This document shows positions 1 to 14,700 of a stretch of 64,000 nucleotides of DNA, one piece after another (position 1 is the first letter of the stretch; each line of letters opens with the position of its first letter). The DNA comes from the human T2T-CHM13v2.0 reference genome, Homo sapiens, in the NCBI GenBank assembly GCA_009914755.4, contig CP086569.2, positions 12,128,001 through 12,192,000 on the forward strand, in the 5' to 3' direction. The translations under genes were made by a program, and so were the position numbers. The notes beneath the pieces are model-generated. The model was not told the origin of the DNA. It worked only from the letters and a program-made list of their open reading frames with translations, and did not search any database.

Positions 1-1373
1 AGGAATGGACTCGAAAGAAATGGATTGGAATGGAATGGTCTCCAATGGAATGGACTGGAGTGGAATGGAATCGAATGGAAAGAAAAGAATGGAACGGAAT
101 GGAACGGAAAGGAATAGAATGTTATGGAATCCGATTGGACAGAATGGAATGGAATGCAGTTTTATGAAATGGAGTGGAATAGAGTGGCATCAAAAGGAAT
201 GGAATGGAGTGGACTCCAAAGGAATGGACTCGAAAGGAATGGAGTCGAACCAAATTGAATCAAATGGATTGGAGTCGAACAGAATGGAATGGAATGGAAT
301 GAACTCGACTGGAGTAGAGAGGAATGAAAAGGAATAGAATGGAATGTAATCAAATGGATTGCAAGTGAATGGAATCAAAAATAATAGAAAGGAATGGAGT
401 GTAAAGGGATGATATTGAATTAAATGGAATGGAATGGAATTTAATGGAATGGAGTCGAAGGAATGGACAGGAATGTAATGGACTCCAATGGAATGGAATG
501 GATCTAAATGGATTTGAACAGACTGGAATCGAACGGAATGGAATGCAATGAAATGGAATGGACTCGATCAGAACGGACTGGAGAGGAATGTACACAAATG
601 GAATGGAAACGAAAGGAATGGAATGAAATGGAATGGAATGCAATGGAATTGAAAGGAACGGAATCAAATGGAATGGAATGGAATGGAATGGATTGGAATA
701 GAATGGATTCAAATAAAATAGAATCGATTGCAATGGTATTGAATGGAAGGGACTTGAATGGAATGGAAAGCAATGGAAGATATTGGAATCGAATGGCATC
801 GAATGAAATGGAATGGAACGGAATGGAACGGACCCGAATGGAATGGAATGGACTCAAAGGTAATGGACTCGAATGGAATCGAATGAAATATAATAGACTC
901 GAAAGGAATGGCCTCGAGCGGAATTTATTTGAATAGAATGGAATCAAATGGAATACAATAGTATGGAATGGAATCGAATGGAATGGAATCGAATGGAATG
1001 TAATCAAATGGAATGGAACGGAATTCAATATAATGGAGTAGAATGGAATGCATTGGAAAGGAGCAGAGTGGAATCGAGTGGATTGGAATCCTGTGGAATG
1101 GAATCAAAGGGAACGAAATCGAATTGAATGGACTTGAATGGAATTGAGTCGAAAGGAATTGACTCGAAAGGAATGGACTGGAACAAAAAGGAATCAAATG
1201 GACAGGAATGGAATGGAATGGACTCGAATGGAATGGAGTCAAATGCAAACGCATCGAATGGAATGGATTCAAATGGAATACAATTGAATGGAATAGAAAG
1301 GAAGAGAATGGAATTGTGAATAATGGAAAGATATCGATTGGAATGAAATGGAATGGAAAGGAATTGAATGGAA

Positions 1374-2746
1374 AGGAATGGACTCGAAAGAAATGGATTG
1401 GAATGGAATGGTCTCCAATGGAATGGACTGGAGTGGAATGCAATCGAATGGAAAGAAAAGAATGGAACGGAATGGAACGGAAAGGAATAGAATGTTATGG
1501 AATCCGATTGAACAGAATGGAATGGAATGCAGTTTCATGAAATGGAGTCGAATAGAGTGGCATCAAAAGGAATGGAATGGAGTGGACCCAAAAGGAATGG
1601 AGTCGAAAGGAATGCAGTCGAACCAAATTGAATCAAATGGATTGGAGTCGAAAAGAATGGAAAGGAATGGAATGAACTCGACTGCAGTAGAGAGGAATTA
1701 AAAGGAATAGAATGGAATGTAATCAAATGGATTGCAAGTGAATGGAATCAAAAATAATAGAAAGGAATGGAGTGTAAAGGGATGATATTGAATTAAATGG
1801 AATGGAATGGAATTTAATGGAATGGAGTCGAAGGAATGGACAGGAATGTAATGGACTCCAATGGAATGGAATGGATCAAAATGGATTTGAACAGATTGGA
1901 ATGGAACGGAATGGAATGCAATGAAATGGAATGGACTCCATCAGAACGGACTGGAGAGGAATGTACACAAATGGAATGGAAACGAATGGAATGGAATGAA
2001 ATGGAATGGAATGCAATGGAATTGAAAGGAACGGAATCAAGTGGAATGGAATGGAATGGAATGGATTGGAATAGAATGGATTCAAATAAAATAGAATCGA
2101 TTGCATTGGTATTGAATGGAAGGGACTTGAATGGAATGGAAAGCAATGGAAGATATTGGAATCGAATGGCATCGAATGAAATGGAATGGAACGGAATGGA
2201 ACGGACCCGAATGGAATGGAATGGACTCAAATGTAATGGACTGGAATGGAATCGACTGAAATATAATAGACTCGAAAGGAATGGCCTCGAGCGGAATTTA
2301 TTTGAATAGAATGGAATCAAATGGAATACAATAGTATGGAATGGAATCGAATGGAATGGAATCGAATGGAATGTAATCAAATGGAATGGAACGGAATTCA
2401 ATATAATGGAGTAGAATGGAATGCATTGGAAAGGAGCAGAGTGGAATCGAGTGGATTGGAATCGAGTGGAATGGAATCAAAGGGAACGAAATCGAATTGA
2501 ATGGACCTGAATGGAATTGAGTCGAAAGGAATTGACTCGAAAGGAATGGACTGGAACAAAAAGGAATCAAATGGACAGGAATGGAATGGAATGGACTCGA
2601 ATGGAATGGAGTCAAATGCAAACGCATCGAATGGAATGGATTCAAATGGAATGCAATTGAATGGAATAGAAAGGAAGAGAATGGAATTGTGAGTAATGGA
2701 AAGATATCGATTGGAATGAAATGGAATGGAAAGGAATTGAATGGAA
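1374..2746 (+). repeat. Representative single 1373 bp array-A HOR unit
   Basis: Bounded by consecutive occurrences of the landmark 'aggaatggactcgaaagaaatgg' at 1374 and 2747. Its internal sequence is repeated almost verbatim in the neighbouring units. Confidence 0.85.
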
Positions 2747-5700
2747 AGGAATGGACTCGAAAGAAATGGATTGGAATGGAATGGTCTCCAATGGAATGGA
2801 CTGGAGTGGAATGCAATCGAATGGAAAGAAAAGAATGGAACGGAATGGAACGGAAAGGAATAGAATGTTATGGAATCCGATTGAACAGAATGGAATGGAA
2901 TGCAGTTTCATGAAATGGAGTCGAATAGAGTGGCATCAAAAGGAATGGAATGGAGTGGACCCAAAAGGAATGGAGTCGAAAGGAATGGAGTCGAACCAAA
3001 TTGAATCAAATGGATTGGAGTCGAAAAGAATGGAAAGGAATGGAATGAACTCGACTGCAGTAGAGAGGAATTAAAAGGAATAGAATGGAATGTAATCAAA
3101 TGGATTGCAAGTGAATGGAATCAAAAATAATAGAAAGGAATGGAGTGTAAGGGGATGATATTGAATTAAATGGAATGGAATGGAATTTAATGGAATGGAG
3201 TCGAAGGAATGGACAGGAATGTAATGGACTCCAATGGAATGGAATGGATCAAAATGGATTTGAACAGACTGGAATCGAACGGAATGGAATGCAATGAAAT
3301 GGAATGGACTCGATCAGAACGGACTGGAGAGGAATGTACACAAATGGAATGGAAACGAATGGAATGGAATGAAATGGAAAGGAATGCAATGGAATTGAAA
3401 GGAACGGAATCAAATGGAATGGAATGGAATGGAATGGATTGGAATAGAATGGATTCAAATAAAATAGAATCGATTGCAATGGTATTGAATGGAAGGGACT
3501 TGAATGGAATGGAAAGCAATGGAAGATATTGGAATCGAATGGCATCGAATGAAATGGAATGGAACGGAATGGAACGGACCCGAATGGAATGGAATGGACT
3601 CAAATGTAATGTACTCGAATGGAATCGACTGAAATATAATAGACTCGAAAGGAATGGCCTCGAGCGGAATTTATTTGAATAGAATGGAATGAAATGGAAT
3701 ACAATAGTATGGAATGGAATCGAATGGAATGGAATCGAATGGAATGTAATCAAATGGAATGGAACGGAATTCAATATAATGGAGTAGAATGGAATGCATT
3801 GGAAAGGAGCAGAGTGGAATCAAGTGGATTGGAATCGAGTGGAATGGAATCAAAGGGAACGAAATCGAATTGAATGGACTTGAATGGAATTGAGTCGAAA
3901 GGAATTGACTCGAAAGGAATGGACTGGAACAGAAAGGAATCAAATGGACAGTAATGGAATGGAATGGACTCGAATGGAATGGAGTCAAATGCAAACGCAT
4001 CGAATGGAATGGATTCAAATGGAATGCAATTGAATGGAATAGAAAGGAAGAGAATGGAATTGAGATTAATGGAAAGATATCGATTGGAATGAAATGGAAT
4101 GGAAAGGAATTGAATGGAAAGGAATGGACTCGAAAGAAATGGATTGGAATGGAATGGTCTCCAACGGAATGGACTGGAGTGGAATGGAATCGAATGGAAA
4201 GAAAAGAATGGAACGGAATGGAACGGAAAGGAATAGAATGTTATGGAATCCGATTGGACAGAATGGAATGGAATGCAGCTTCATGAAATAGAGTCGAATA
4301 GAGTGGCATCAAAAGGAATGGAATGGAGTGGACTCAAAAGGAATGGACTCGAAAGGAATGGAGTCGAACCAAATTGAATCAAATGGATTGGAGTCGAACA
4401 GAATGGAATGGAATGGAATGAACTCGACTGGAGTAGAGAGGAATGAAAAGGAATAGAATGGAATGTAATCAAATGGATTGCAAGTGAATGGAATCAAAAA
4501 TAATAGAAATGAATTGAGTGTAAAGGGATGATATTGAATTAAATGGAATGGAATGGAATTTAATGGAATGGAGTCGAAGGAATGGACAGGAATGTAATGG
4601 ACTCCAATGGAATGGAATGGATGAAAATGGATTTGAACAGATTGGAATTGAACGGAATGGAATGCAATGAAATGGAATGGACTCGATCAGAACGGACTGG
4701 AGAGGAATGTACACAAATGGAATGGAAACGATAGGAATGGAATGAAATGGAATGGAATGCAATGGAATTGAAAGGAACGGAATCAAATGGAATGGAATGG
4801 AATGGAATGGATTGGAATAGAATGGATTCAAATAAAATAGAATCGATTGCAATGGTATTGAATGGAAGGGACTTGAATGGAATGGAAAGCAATGGAAGAT
4901 ATAGGAATCGAATGGCATCGAATGAAATGGAATGGAACGGAATGGAACGGACCCGAATGGAATGGAATGGACTCAAATGTAATGGACTCGAATGGAATCG
5001 AATGAAATATAATAGACTCGAAAGGAATGGCCTCGAGCGGAATTTATTTGAATAGAATGGAATGAAATGGAATACAATAGTATGGAATGGAATCGAATGG
5101 AATGGAATGGAATGGAATGTAATCAAATGGAATGGAACGGAATTCAATATAATGGAGTAGAATGGAATGCATTGGAAAGGAGCAGAGTGGAATCAAGTGG
5201 ATTGGAATCGAGTGGAATGGAATCAAAGGGAACGAAATCGAATTGAATGGACTTGAATGGAATTGAGTCGAAAGGAATTGACTCGAAAGGAATGGACTGG
5301 AACAGAAAGGAATCAAATGGACAGGAATGGAATGGAATGGACTCGAATGGAATGGAGTCAAATGCAAACGCATCGAATGGAATGGATTCAAATGGAATGC
5401 AATTGAATGGAATAGAAAGGAAGAGAATGGAATTGAGAGTAATGGAAAGATATCGATTGGAATGAAATGGAATGGAAAGGAATTGAATGGAAAGGAATGG
5501 ACTCGAAAGAAATGGATTGGAATGGAATGGTCTCCAACGGAATGGACTGGAGTGGAATGGAATCGAATGGAAAGAAAAGAATGGAACGGAATGGAACGGA
5601 AAGGAATAGAATGTTATGGAATCCGATTGGACAGAATGGAATGGAATGCAGTTTCATGAAATGGAGTGGAATAGAGTGGCATCAAAAGGAATGGAATGGA

Positions 5701-8700
5701 GTGGACTCCAAAGGAATGGACTCGAAAGGAATGGAGTCGAACCAAATTGAATCAAATGGATTGGAGTCGAACAGAATGGAATGGTATGGAATGAACTCGA
5801 CTGGAGTAGAGAGGAATGAAAAGGAATAGAATGGAAAGTAATCAAATGGATTGCAAGTGAATGGAATCAAAAATAATAGAAAGGAATGGAGTGTAAAGGG
5901 ATGATATTGAATTAAATGGAATGGAATGGAATTTAATGGAATGGAGTCGAAGGAATGGACAGGAATGTAATGGATTCCAATGGAATGGAATGGATCAAAA
6001 TGGATTTGAACAGACTGGAATTGAACGGAATGGAATGCAATGAAATGGAATGGACTCGATCAGAACGGACTGGAGAGGAATGTACACAAATGGAATGGAA
6101 ACGAAAGGAATGGAATGAAATGGAATGGAATGCAATGGAATTGAAAGGAACGGAATCAAATGGAATGGAATGGAATGGAATGGATTGGAATAGAATGGAT
6201 TCAAATAAAATAGAATTGATTGCAATGGTATTGAATGGAAGGGACGAGAATGGAATGGAAAGCAATGGAAGATATTGGAATCGAATGGCATCGAATGAAA
6301 TGGAATGGAACGGAATGGAACGGACCCGAATGGAATGGAATGGACTCAAATGTAATGGACTCGAATGGAATCGAATGAAATATAATAGACTCGAAAGGAA
6401 TGGCCTCGAGCGGAATTTATTTGAATAGAATGGAATCAAATGGAATACAATAGTATGGAATGGAATCGAATGGAATGGAATCGAATGGAATGTAATCAAA
6501 TGGAATGGAACGGAATTCAATATAATGGAGTAGAATGGAATGCATTGGAAAGGAGCAGAGTGGAATCGAGTGGATTGGAATCGAGTGGAATGGAATCAAA
6601 GGGAACGAAATCGAATTGAATGGACTTGAATGGAATTGAGTCGAAAGGAATTGACTCGAAAGGAATGGACTGGAACAAAAAGGAATCAAATGGACAGGAA
6701 TGGAATGGAATGGACTCGAATGGAATGGAGTCAAATGCAAACGCATAGAATGGAATGGATTCAAATGGAATACAATTGAATGGAATAGAAAGGAAGAGAA
6801 TGGAATTGTGAGTAATGGAAAGATATCAATTGGAATGAAATGGAATGGAAAGGAATTGAATGGAAAGGAATGGACTCGAAAGAAATGGATTGGAATGGAA
6901 TGGTCTCCAATGGAATGGACTGGAGTGGAATGGAATCGAATGGAAAGAAAAGAATGGAACGGAATGGAACGGAAAGGAATAGAATGTTATGGAATCCGAT
7001 TGGACAGAATGGAATGGAATGCTGTTTCATGAAATGGAGTCCAATAGAGTGGCATCAAAAGGAATGGAATGGAGTGGACTCAAGAGGAATGGACTCGAAA
7101 GGAATGGAGTCGAACAAAATTGAATCAAATGGATTGGAGTCGAACAGAATGGAATGGAATGGAATGAACTCGACTGGAGTAGAGAGGAATGAAAAGGAAT
7201 AGAATGGAATGTAATCAAATGGATTGCAAGTGAATGGAATCAAAAATAATAGAAAGGAATGGAGTGTAAAGGGATGATATTGAATTAAATGGAATGGAAT
7301 GGAATTTAATGGAATGGAGTCGAAGGAATGGACAGGAATGTAATGGACTCCAATGGAATGGAATGGATCAAAATGGATTTGAACAGATTGGAATAGAACG
7401 GAATCGAATGCAATGAAATGGAATGGACTCGATCAGAACGGACAGGAGAGGAATGTACACAAATGGAATGGAAACGAATGGAATGCAATGAAATGGAATG
7501 GAATGCAATGGAATTGAAATAACGGAATCAAATGGAATGGAATGGAATGGAATGAAATGGATTGGAATAGAATGAATTTAAATAAAATAGAATCGATTGC
7601 AATGGTATTGAATGGAAGGGACTTGAATGGAATGGAAAGCAATGGAAGATATTGGAATCGAATGGCATCGAATGAAATGGAATGGAACGGAATGGAACGG
7701 ACCCGAATGGAATGGAATGGACTCAAATGTAATGGACTCGAATGGAATCGACTGAAATATAATAGACTCGAAAGGAATGGCCTCGAGCGGAATTTATTTG
7801 TATAGAATGGAATCAAATGGAATACAATAGTATGGAATGGAATCGAATGGAATGGAATCGAATGGAATGTAATCAAATGGAATGGAACGGAATTCAATAT
7901 AATGGAGTAGAATGGAATGCATTGGAAAGGAGCAGAGTGGAATCGACTGGATTGGAATCGAGTGGAATGGAATCAAAGGGAACGAAATCGAATTGAATGG
8001 ACTTGAATGGAATTGAGTCGAAAGGAATTGACTCGATAGGAATGGACTGGAACAAAAAGGAATCAAATGGACAGGAATGGAATGGAATGGACTCGAATGG
8101 AATGGAGTCAAATGCAAACGCATCGAATGGAATGGATTCAAATGGAATGCAATTGAATGGAATAGAAAGGAAGAGAATGGAATTGAGAGTAATGGAAAGA
8201 TATCGATTGGAATGAAATGGAATGGAAAGGAATTGAATGGAAAGTAATGGACTCGAAAGAAATGGATTGGAATGGAATGGTCTCCAATGGAATGGACTGG
8301 AGTGGAATGGAATCGAATGGAAAGAAAAGAATGGAACGGAATGGAACGGAAAGGAATAGAATGTTATGGAATCCGATTGGACAGAATGGAATGGAATGCA
8401 GTTTCATGAAATGGAGTCGAATAGAGTGGCATCAAAAGGAATGGAATGGAGTGGACTCAAAAGGAATGGACTCGAAAGGAATGGAGTCGAACCAAATTGA
8501 ATCAAATGGATTGGAGTCGAACAGAATGGAATGGAATGGAATGAACTCGACTGGAGTAGAGAGGAATGAAAAGGAATAGAATGGAATGTAATCAAATGGA
8601 TTGCAAGTGAATGGAATCAAAAATAATAGAAAGGAATGGAGTGTAAAGGGATGATATTGAATTAAATGGAATGGAATGGAATTTAATGGAATGGAGTCGA

Positions 8701-11700
8701 AGGAATGGACAGGAATGTAATGGACTCCAAAGGAATAGAATGGATCAAAATGGATTTGAACAGATTGGAATAGAACGGAATGGAATGCAATGAAATGGAA
8801 TGGACTCGATCAGAACGGACTGGAGAGGAATGTACACAAATGGAATGGAAACGAAAGGAATGGAATGAAATGGAATGGAATGCAATGGAATTGAAAGCAA
8901 CGGAATCAAATGGAATGGAATGGATTGGAATAGAATGGATTGGAATAGAATGGATTCAAATAAAATAGAATCGATTGCAATGGTATTGAATGGAAGGGAC
9001 TTGAATGGAATGGAAAGCAATGGAAGATATTGGAATCGAATGGCATCGAATGAAATGGAATGGAACGGAATGGAACGGACCCGAATGGAATGGAATGGAC
9101 TCAAATGTAATGGACTCGAATGGAATCGACTGAAATATAATAGACTCGAAAGGAATGGCCTCGAGCGGAATTTATTTGAATAGAATGGAATGAAATGGAA
9201 TACAATAGTATGGAATGGAATCGAATGGAATGGAATCGAATGGAATGTAATCAAATTGAATGGAACGGAATTCAATTTAATGGAGTAGAATGGAATGCAT
9301 TGGAAAGGAGCAGAGTGGAATCGAGTGGATTGGAATCGAGTGGAATGGAATCAAAGGGAACGAAATCGAATTGAATGGACTTGAATGGAATTGAGTCGAA
9401 AGGAATTGACTCGAAAGGAATGGACTGGAACAAAAAGGAATCAAATGGACAGGAATGGAATGGAATGGACTCGAATGGAATGGAGTCAAATGCAAACGCA
9501 TCGAATGGAATGGATTCAAATGGAATGCAATTGAATGGAATAGAAAGGAAGAGAATGGAATTGAGAGTAATGGAAAGATATCGATTGGAATGAAATGGAA
9601 TGGAAAGGAATTGAATGGAAAGGAATGGACTCGAAAGAAATGGATTGGAATGGAATGGTCTCCAATGGAATGGACTGGAGTGGAATGGAATCCAATGGAA
9701 AGAAAATAATGGAACGGAATGGAACGGAAAGGAATAGAATGTTATGGAATCCGATTGGACAGAATGGAATGGAATGCAGTTTCATGAAATGGAGTCGAAT
9801 AGAGTGGCATCAAAAGGAATGGAATGGAGTGGACTCAAAAGGAATGGACTCGAAAGGAATGGAGTAGAACCAAATTGAATCAAATGGATTGGGGTCGAAC
9901 AGAATGGAATGGAATGGAATGAACTCGACTGGAGTAGAGAGGAATGAAAAGGAATAGAATGGAATGTAATCAAATGGATTGCAAGTGAATGGAATCAAAA
10001 ATAATAGAAAGGAATGGAGTGTAAAGGGATGATATTGAATTAAATGGAATGGAATGGAATTTAATGGAATGGAGTCGAAGGAATGGACAGGAATGTAATG
10101 GACTCCAATGGAATGGAATGTATCAAAATGGATTTGAACAGATTGGAATGGAACGGAATGGAATGCAATGAAATGGAATGGACTCGATCAGAACGGACTG
10201 GAGAGGAATGTACACAAATGGAATGGAAACGAAAGGAATGGAATGAAATGGAATGGAATGCAATGGAATTGAAAGGAACGGAATCAAATGGAATGGAATG
10301 GAATGGAATGGATTGGAATAGAATGGATTCAAATAAAATAGAATCGATTGGAATGGTATTGAATGGAAGGGACTTGAATGGAATGGAAAGCAATGGAAGA
10401 TATTGGAATCGAATGGCATCGAATGAAATGGAATGGAACGGAATGGAACGGACCCGAATGGAATGGAATGGACTCAAATGTAATGGACTCGAATGGAATC
10501 GACTGAAATATAATAGACTCGAAAGGAATGGCCTCGAGCGGAATTTATTTGAATAGAATGGAATCAAATGGAATACAATAGTATGGAATGGAATCGAATG
10601 GAATGGAATCGAATGGAATGTAATCAAATGGAATGGAACGGAATTCAATATAATGGAGTAGAATGGAATGCATTGGAAAGGAGCAGAGTGGAATCGAGTG
10701 GATTGGAATCGAGTGGAATGGAATCAAAGGGAACGAAATCGAATTGAATGGACTTGAATGGAATTGAGTCGAAAGAAATGGACTCGAAAGGAATGGACTG
10801 GAACAAAAAGGAATCAAATGGACAGGAATGGAATGGAATGGACTCGAATGGAATGGAGTCAAATGCAAACGCATCGAATGGAATGGATTCAAATGGAATG
10901 CAATTGAATGGAATAGAAAGTAAGAGAATGGAATTGAGAGTAATGGAAAGATATCGATTGGAATGAAATGGAATGGAAAGGAATTGAATGGAAAGGAATG
11001 GACTCGAAAGAAATGGGTTGGAATGGAATGGTCTCCAATGGAATGGACTGGAGTGGAATGGAATCGAATGGAATGAAAAGAATGGAACGGAATGGAACGG
11101 AAAGGAATAGAATGTTATGGAATCCGATTGGACAGAATGGAATGGAATGCAGTTTCATGAAATGGAGTCAAATAGAGTGGCATCAAAAGGAATGGAATGG
11201 AGTGGACTCAAGAGGAATGGACTCGAAAGGAATGGAGTCGAACCAAATTGAATCAAATGGATTGGAGTCGAACAGAATGGAATGGAATGGAATGAACTCG
11301 ACTGGAGTAGAGAGGAATGAAAAGGAATAGAATGGAATGTAATCAAATGGATTGCAAGTGAATGGAATCAAAAATAATAGAAAGGAATGGAGTGTAAAGG
11401 GATGATATTGAATTAAATGGAATGGAATGGAATTTAATGGAATGGAGTCGAAGGAATGGACAGGAATGTAATGGACTCCAATGGAATGGAATGGATGAAA
11501 ACGGATTTGAACAGATTGGAATAGAACGGAATGGAATGCAATGAAATGGAATGGACTCGATCAGAACGGACTTTAGAGGAATGTACACAAATGGAATGGA
11601 AACGAACGGAATGCAATGAAATGGAATGGAATGCAATGGAATTGAAAGGAACGTAATCAAATGGAATGGAATGGAATGGAATGGAATGGATTGGAATAGA

Positions 11701-14700
11701 ATGAATTTAAATAAAATAGAATCGATTGCAATGGTATTGAATGGAAGGGACTTGAATGTAATGGAAAGCAATGGAAGATATTGGAATCGAATGGCATCGA
11801 ATGAAATGGAATGGAACGGAATGGAACGGACCCGAATGGAATGGAATGGACTCAAATGTAATGGACTCGAAAGAAATCGACTGAAATATAATAGACTCGA
11901 AAGGAATGGCCTCGAGCGGAATTTATTTGAATAGAATGGAATCAAATGGAATACAATAGTATGGAATGGAATCGAATGGAATGGAATCGAATGGAATGTA
12001 ATCAAATGGAATGGAACGGAATTCAATATAATGGAGTAGAATGGAATGCATTGGAAAGGAGCAGAGTGGAATCGAGTGGATTGGAATCGAGTGGAATGGA
12101 ATCAAAGGGAACGAAATCGAATTGAATGGACTTGAATGGAATTGAGTCGAAAGGAATTGACTGGAAAGGAATGGACTGGAACAAAAAGGAATCAAATGGA
12201 CAGGAATGGAATGGAATGGACTCGAATGGAATGGAGTCAAATGCAAACGCATCGAATGGAATGGATTCAAATGGAATGCAATTGAATGGAATAGAAAGGA
12301 AGAGAATGGAATTGAGAGTAATGGAAAGATATCGATTGGAATGAAATGGAATGGAAAGGAATTGAATGGAAAGGAATGGACTCGAAAGAAATGGATTGGA
12401 ATGGAATGGTCTCCAATGGAATGGACTGGAGTGGAATGGAATCGAATGGAAAGAAAATAATGGAACGGAATGGAACGGAAAAGAATAGAATGTTATGGAA
12501 TCCGATTGGACAGAATGGAATGGAATGCAGTTTCATGAAATGGAGTCGAATAGAGTGGCATCAAAAGGAATGGAATGGAGTGGACTAAAAAGGAATGGAC
12601 TCGAAAGGAATGGAGTCGAACCAAATTGAATCAAATGGATTGGAGTCAAACAGAATGGAATGGAATGGAATGAACTCGACTGGAGTAGAGAGGAATGAAA
12701 AGGAATAGAATGGAATGTAATCAAATGGATTGCAAGTGAATGGAATCAAAAATAATAGAAAGGAATGGAGTGTAAAGGGATGATATTGAATTAAATGGAA
12801 TGCAATGGAATTTAATGGAATGGAGTCGAAGGAATGGACAGGAATGTAATGGACTCCAATGGAATGGAATGGATCAAAATGGATTTGAACAGATTGGAAT
12901 GGAACGGAATGGAATGCAATGAAATGGAATGGACTCGATCAGAACGGACTGGAGAGGAATGTACACAAATGGAATGGAAACGAATGGAATGCAATGAAAT
13001 GGGGTGGAATGCAATGGAATTGAAAGGAACGGAATCAAATGGAATGGAATGGAATGCAATGGATTGGAATAGAATGGATTCAAATAAAATAGAATCGATT
13101 GCAATGGTATTGAATGGAAGGGACTTGAATGGAATGGAAAGCAATGGAAGATATTGGAATCGAATGGCATCGAATGAAATGGAATGGAACGGAATGGAAC
13201 GGACCCGAATGGAATGGAATGGACTCAAATGTAATGGACTCGAATGGAATCGACTGAAATATAATAGACTCGAAAGGAATGGCCTCGAGCGGAATTTATT
13301 TGAATAGAATGGAATCAAATGGAATACAATAGTATGGAATGGAATCGAATGGAATGGAATCGAATGGAATGTAATCAAATGGAATAGAACGGAATTCAAT
13401 ATAATGGAGTAGAATTGAATGCATTGGAAAGGAGCAGAGTGGAATCGAGTGGATTGGAATCGAGTGGAATGGAATCAAAGGGAACGAAATCGAATTGAAT
13501 GGACTTGAATGGAATTGAGTCGAAAGGAATTGACTCGAAAGGAATGGACTGGAACAAAAAGGAATCAAATGGACAGGAATGGAATGGAATGGACTCGAAT
13601 GGAATGGAGTCAAATGCAAACGCATCGAATGGAATGGATTCAAATGGAATGCAATTGAATGGAATAGAAAGGAAGAGAATGGAATTGAGAGTAATGGAAA
13701 GATATCGATTGGAATGAAATGGAATGGAAAGGAAGTGAATGGAAAGGAATGGACTCGAAAGAAATGGGTTGGAATGGAATGGTCTCCAATGGAATGGACT
13801 GGAGTGGAATGGAATCGAATGGAATGAAAAGAATGGAACGGAATGGAACGGAAAGGAATAGAATGTTATGGAATCCGATTGGACAGAATGGAATGGAATG
13901 CAGTTTCATGAAATGGAGTCAAATAGAGTGGCATCAAAAGGAATGGAATGGAGTGGACTCAAGAGGAATGGACTCGAAAGGAATGGAGTCGAACCAAATT
14001 GTATCAAATGGATTGGAGTCGAACAGAATGGAATGGAATGGAATGAACTCGACTGGAGTAGAGAGGAATGAAAAGGAATAGAATGGAATGTAATCAAATG
14101 GATTGCAAGTGAATGGAATCAAAAATAATAGAAAGGAATGGAGTGTAAAGGGATGATATTGAATTAAATGGAATGGAACGGAATTTAATGGAATGGAGTC
14201 GAAGGAATGGACAGGAATGTAATGGACTCCAATGGAATGGAATGTATCAAAATGGATTTGAACAGATTGGAATGGAACGGAATGGAATGCAATGAAATGG
14301 AATGGACTCGATCAGAACGGACTGGAGAGGAATGTACACAAATGGAATGGAAACGAATGGAATGCAATGAAATGGAATGGAATGCAATGGAATTGAAAGG
14401 AACGGAATCAAATGGAATGGAATGGAATGGAATGGCATGGATTGGAATAGAATGAATTTAAATAAAATAGAATCGATTGCAATGGTATTGAATGGAAGGG
14501 ACTTGAGTGGAATGGAAAGCAATGGAAGATATTGGAATCGAATGGCATCGAATGAAATGGAATGGAACGGAATGGAGCGGACCCGAATGGAATGGAATGG
14601 ACTCAAATGTAATGGACTCGAATGGAATCGACTGAAATATAATAGACTCGAAAGGAATGGCCTCGAGCGGAATTTATTTGAATAGAATGGAATCAAATGG

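Noticed and set aside
5-337. 'MDSKEMDWNGMVSNGMDWSGM...' and dozens of near-identical 60-230 aa ORFs repeating every ~1373 bp.
   Set aside because: Same cause: (GGAAT)n reads as MEWNG/NGMEW/EWNGM in all three + frames. The periodic identity reflects the HOR, not a gene family.
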